This document shows positions 61,484-64,000 of a stretch of 64,000 bases of DNA, one piece after another; position 1 is the stretch's first letter; each line of letters starts with the position of its first letter. Both the position numbers and the translations under genes were made by a program. The notes beneath the pieces are model-generated. The model saw only the letters and a list, made by a program, of their open reading frames with translations. It did no database searches and had not been told where the DNA came from. Origin of the DNA: Longimicrobiales bacterium (GTDB lineage Bacteria > Gemmatimonadota > Gemmatimonadetes > Longimicrobiales > Gaopeijiaceae); NCBI GenBank assembly GCA_965226375.1, contig CBDDCX010000008.1:1088001-1152000 (forward strand). Reading direction: 5' to 3'.

Positions 61484-62181
61484 GCGACGAGCGCATCGAC
61501 CGGGAGTTCTATGATCGGTCCGACTACTTCGACGAGGACACCCAGCACCTTCAGGACCTCGCGAGCCCGTTCCAGCGCTACCGCGTGGACAAGATCCTTC
61601 AGCTCTACGAACCGTTGCGGGAAGAACGGGTGCTCGACCTGGGGTGTGGGTGGGGCACGTTCTGCTGGGCATTGGCACACCGAGTGCGGGAGATGGTGGG
61701 TCTGGACTTCAGCCAGAAGAGCGTGGACCTGTGCGAGTCCCGGCTCGCACAATCCGTCTTGGACAACGTCTCCTTCGTCTGTGCCGACGCACGGGACACC
61801 GGCTTGGAGGAGGAGAGCTTTGACCTGATCATCGCCGCGGACCTGATGGAGCACTTGTATCCCGACGACAGCCAGGCTGTGATCGCCGAGGCGTTTAGAC
61901 TCCTCGGGAAGGGCGGTCGCCTCGTCATCTGGACTCCTCACCGTGGACACATCCTCGAGATCTTGAAGGCCCGTAACCTCATCATCAAACGAGACGTGAG
62001 CCACGTGGACTACAAGTCCATGGACAGATTGAAGGACATGCTCAATCAGGAGGGCTTCCTGGTGGAGAAGGCCTACTACGCCGAATCGCACCTCCCGGGG
62101 CTTCGCACCGTCGAGCGGGCCCTGTTGTCCCGAATACCCGTGCTGCGGCGCCGGATCGGCGTTCTGGCTCGAAAGCCCTGA
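61480..62181 (+). CDS. Class I SAM-dependent methyltransferase
   Basis: VLDLGCGWG, GLDFS, FDLI....LMEHL, LL..GGRL. Confidence 0.9.
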   Translation: MSDERIDREFYDRSDYFDEDTQHLQDLASPFQRYRVDKILQLYEPLREERVLDLGCGWGTFCWALAHRVREMVGLDFSQKSVDLCESRLAQSVLDNVSFVCADARDTGLEEESFDLIIAADLMEHLYPDDSQAVIAEAFRLLGKGGRLVIWTPHRGHILEILKARNLIIKRDVSHVDYKSMDRLKDMLNQEGFLVEKAYYAESHLPGLRTVERALLSRIPVLRRRIGVLARKP

Positions 62182-62236
62182 TCGTCGCAACTTGAGCTAC
62201 GAGAGTTGGATGGCCCCGGACGCGCGAGGGCAAGAC

Positions 62237-62782
62237 ATGGGGAGAATCGGGGGACTGACAGCGGCAGCCACAGCTGCCATGCTTCTGCAGGGGTGTACGT
62301 TGCTCGCGAGCGGTCCAGTCGTGCCCAGCCCGGGAGACGGGATGAGCATTCCCGTCACCGATGTGCCGGATGCCGTTCCGAAGCCCGAGGTGAAGACCCG
62401 ATCCGGGAATCCCGCGTCGTACGAGGTCGATGGACGCGAATACCACGTCCTGGAGACCAGCGAAGGGTACCGCGAGGTCGCCATAGCCTCCTGGTATGGT
62501 CAGGCGTTTCAGGGTCGCCGCACGTCATCGGGCGAACCCTACGACATGTACCGGATGACGGCAGCCCACAAGACGTTGCCGCTACCGACCTACGTGCGGG
62601 TCACCAACATGGAGAACGGGCGCAGCGTTGTGCTGCGCGTAAACGACCGGGGCCCGTTCATCGAGGGCAGAATCATCGACGTTTCGTTCGTGGCCGCCCA
62701 AAAGCTGGGCATGGTCGGAAGTGGCACCGTCCAGGTCGAGGTGGTAGCCCTCGACCCACCGGCGCGCGATCCCGGTGTGTGA
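62237..62782 (+). CDS. rlpA: RlpA-family lytic transglycosylase lipoprotein (no SPOR domain)
   Basis: Lipobox LQGC, ASWYG, GEPYDMY.MTAAHKTLP, VNDRGPF..RIIDVS..AA. Confidence 0.92.
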   Translation: MGRIGGLTAAATAAMLLQGCTLLASGPVVPSPGDGMSIPVTDVPDAVPKPEVKTRSGNPASYEVDGREYHVLETSEGYREVAIASWYGQAFQGRRTSSGEPYDMYRMTAAHKTLPLPTYVRVTNMENGRSVVLRVNDRGPFIEGRIIDVSFVAAQKLGMVGSGTVQVEVVALDPPARDPGV

Positions 62783-62873
62783 GGGGAACCGCAGGGTGCG
62801 GTCTCAGGGTCTGGGAGACGCCTAGGTGATTCTTACTTAATGGAAGTGAAAGAGGGGGTAGTGACCTCCGGGT

Positions 62874-62901
62874 ACTTAACATAATATATATTATACGAAG
62901 T
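62874..62901 (-). other. dif: dif site (XerC/XerD recombination site)
   Basis: The minus strand reads ACTTCGTATAA-TATATA-TTATGTTAAGT (11-6-11). The XerD arm matches E. coli TTATGTTAAAT at 10/11. The site is intergenic and AT-rich. Confidence 0.9.
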
Positions 62902-63096
62902 TACAGACAAAGCTATTTTCTAACTCTATATATATCAATACTTTCGGGGATCGCTAGTACTTATCATAATACCGGCGAGGCTGGATTGCTGGCCCCCTTC
63001 CTCCAGTTCAAAATGCTGGATGGTCCCCTGTCGAATCAAGCCTGCCGGACTCGATCCGCCCGACAGCCATCTCCCGTCATGCCCAGAGGCCAATAG

Positions 63097-63126
63097 TTGG
63101 TACGTCCAATCCCACTGGCGTATAAT
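63097..63126 (+). promoter_or_regulatory. Putative sigma70 promoter
   Basis: TTGGTA (63097-63102), 18-nt spacer, perfect TATAAT (63121-63126). Confidence 0.5.
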
Positions 63127-63208
63127 ATCCGCATGGCCAATTATTCGACAAGAAAATGGAGAGCGGAGACCCGGCCATAACCTCCGCTCCCCAGACAGGA
63201 GGCACAAT

Positions 63209-63598
63209 ATGACGGGATTCGCAAAGCTCACCGTGAAAGCTCTTCGCGCCCTGGCGGAAGAGTATGAGATCCAACTCCCCGCTGGACGGATCACCAAGGG
63301 CAAGCTGATCGAGATCTTGGAGGCGGAGAACATTCAGCCCCCTTGGGATGGTCCGGAATGGAAATGCCCGACTCCGGCCAGCTTGATGAAGGCGGGACTC
63401 CTTCTCGGGATCGCCCCCCGGCCGATCTGGCGGGCAGTTCAAGCTCGCTGGCCCGACTATCGGGGAGCCTCGGGATTAGGATCGGTCGGAGTCTACCGCC
63501 GGGATCTCCAGAAAGAGAAGCTGCTTAACCGCACAGCCCGGATCACTCCGGCAGGTCGGGAGATCTTGGCCGGATTGCAGGGGGTGAAGGACGCCTAG
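63209..63598 (+). CDS. Hypothetical 129-aa protein, Rho-N/HeH-like N-terminus and winged-helix-like C-terminus
   Basis: Strong RBS AGGAGG before ATG 63209; LTVKALRALAEEYEI...TKGKLIEIL; ends ..LLNRTARITPAGREIL; has its own promoter and terminator. Confidence 0.7.
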   Translation: MTGFAKLTVKALRALAEEYEIQLPAGRITKGKLIEILEAENIQPPWDGPEWKCPTPASLMKAGLLLGIAPRPIWRAVQARWPDYRGASGLGSVGVYRRDLQKEKLLNRTARITPAGREILAGLQGVKDA

Positions 63599-63624
63599 CC
63601 CCGATCCCTCCCCCTGGAGGAGAG

Positions 63625-63660
63625 AGGCTCCCTGGCTTCGGCTAGGGAGCCTTTCCTATT
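63625..63660 (+). terminator. Intrinsic terminator with a UUCG tetraloop
   Basis: aggctccctggc-ttcg-gctagggagcct followed by ttcctatt. Confidence 0.75.
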
Positions 63661-63720
63661 CGGAACCATATTTAGATCATTTGACATGGCTGGGTAATTC
63701 CCTTAGAGGAGAATAAAATC

Positions 63721-64000
63721 ATGAGATCCCGAGGTCATGCTGTCCTTACTCCGGAGAGATGGCGGTCGCCGACAGTGGGTGGATTGTGGCACCAGCACAG
63801 GGATGCTCAGTGGATGAGCAGAGACATCACCACCATGTGGAACTATTGATTGATGCGGGCCATGCCCAATGGAACGATCAAAAGGTAGTGGCTAGGATCA
63901 CGAATGCTGGCTACGACTTCATTGACGGATGCCGTTGAGAAGCAAGAAAGAGTCCGTACGAAGTTTGACCTTGAACTCTTCAAGGCCGGTATGCCCTATC
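63721..64000 (+). pseudogene. DUF2513-like winged-helix gene with several frameshifts (continues off the window)
   Basis: RBS GAGGAG and ATG 63721. Stitching frames gives MR(D)PEVMLSLLR/EMAVADSGW..HHVELLIDAGHAQW..ARITNAGYDFID/AVEKQERVRTKF, resembling the H..LL.DAG...R(L/I)T..G.DF pattern. Confidence 0.55.

Noticed and set aside
62892..62903. TATACGAAGTTA matches 12 bp of a loxP arm, suggesting a synthetic or phage P1 lox site
   Set aside because: The other loxP arm is absent; a XerD arm with a 6-bp spacer is there instead, so dif explains the match.
63020..63208. N-terminal extension of the last ORF (192 aa in the track)
   Set aside because: The region holds a TATAAT promoter and a hairpin, and the strong AGGAGG precedes ATG 63209.

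Overview
A GC-rich bacterial chromosome segment, almost all on the + strand and mostly housekeeping. Gene order and content suggest Gemmatimonadota (inference). From left to right: the N-terminus of a YheT-like hydrolase, a frameshifted tag gene, a secreted triple-repeat protein, a broken M1 aminopeptidase, dcd, a complete nuoA-N operon, PMM/PGM, UPF0182, sucCD-(EIIA-like/CBS)-ndk, yceD-rpmF-plsX-fabH-fabD-fabG-acpP-fabF-ispF-dedA-xerD, an S41 protease, nadE, a Zn-finger hypothetical with a probable CTG start, trpG/pabA, an IS3-family element, kdsB-pyrG-kdsA-kdsC-kdsD-lptC-lptA-like-lptB-rpoN, a glycosylation cluster (GT2, wecB, GT4, YfhO-type GT-C, flippase-like, polyprenol-P-sugar synthase, acyltransferase, methyltransferase) and rlpA. 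The most notable signals are not in the ORF track. (1) A near-canonical 28-bp dif site at 62874-62901, followed by a second XerD-arm copy and AT-richer, foreign-looking DNA; this is a candidate Xer-integrated element. (2) A 161-bp MITE-like hairpin element with perfect 22-bp terminal inverted repeats that splits the nuoE/nuoF TGATG junction. (3) A sigma54-type promoter ahead of the operon that contains rpoN, with an IS inserted just upstream. (4) Strong enrichment of Bacteroidota-type D-[S/T]-[AILVMT] O-glycosylation sequons in periplasmic proteins encoded next to the GT-C cluster. No rRNA, tRNA or CRISPR array was seen. All product calls come from motif recognition by eye; no database search was run.
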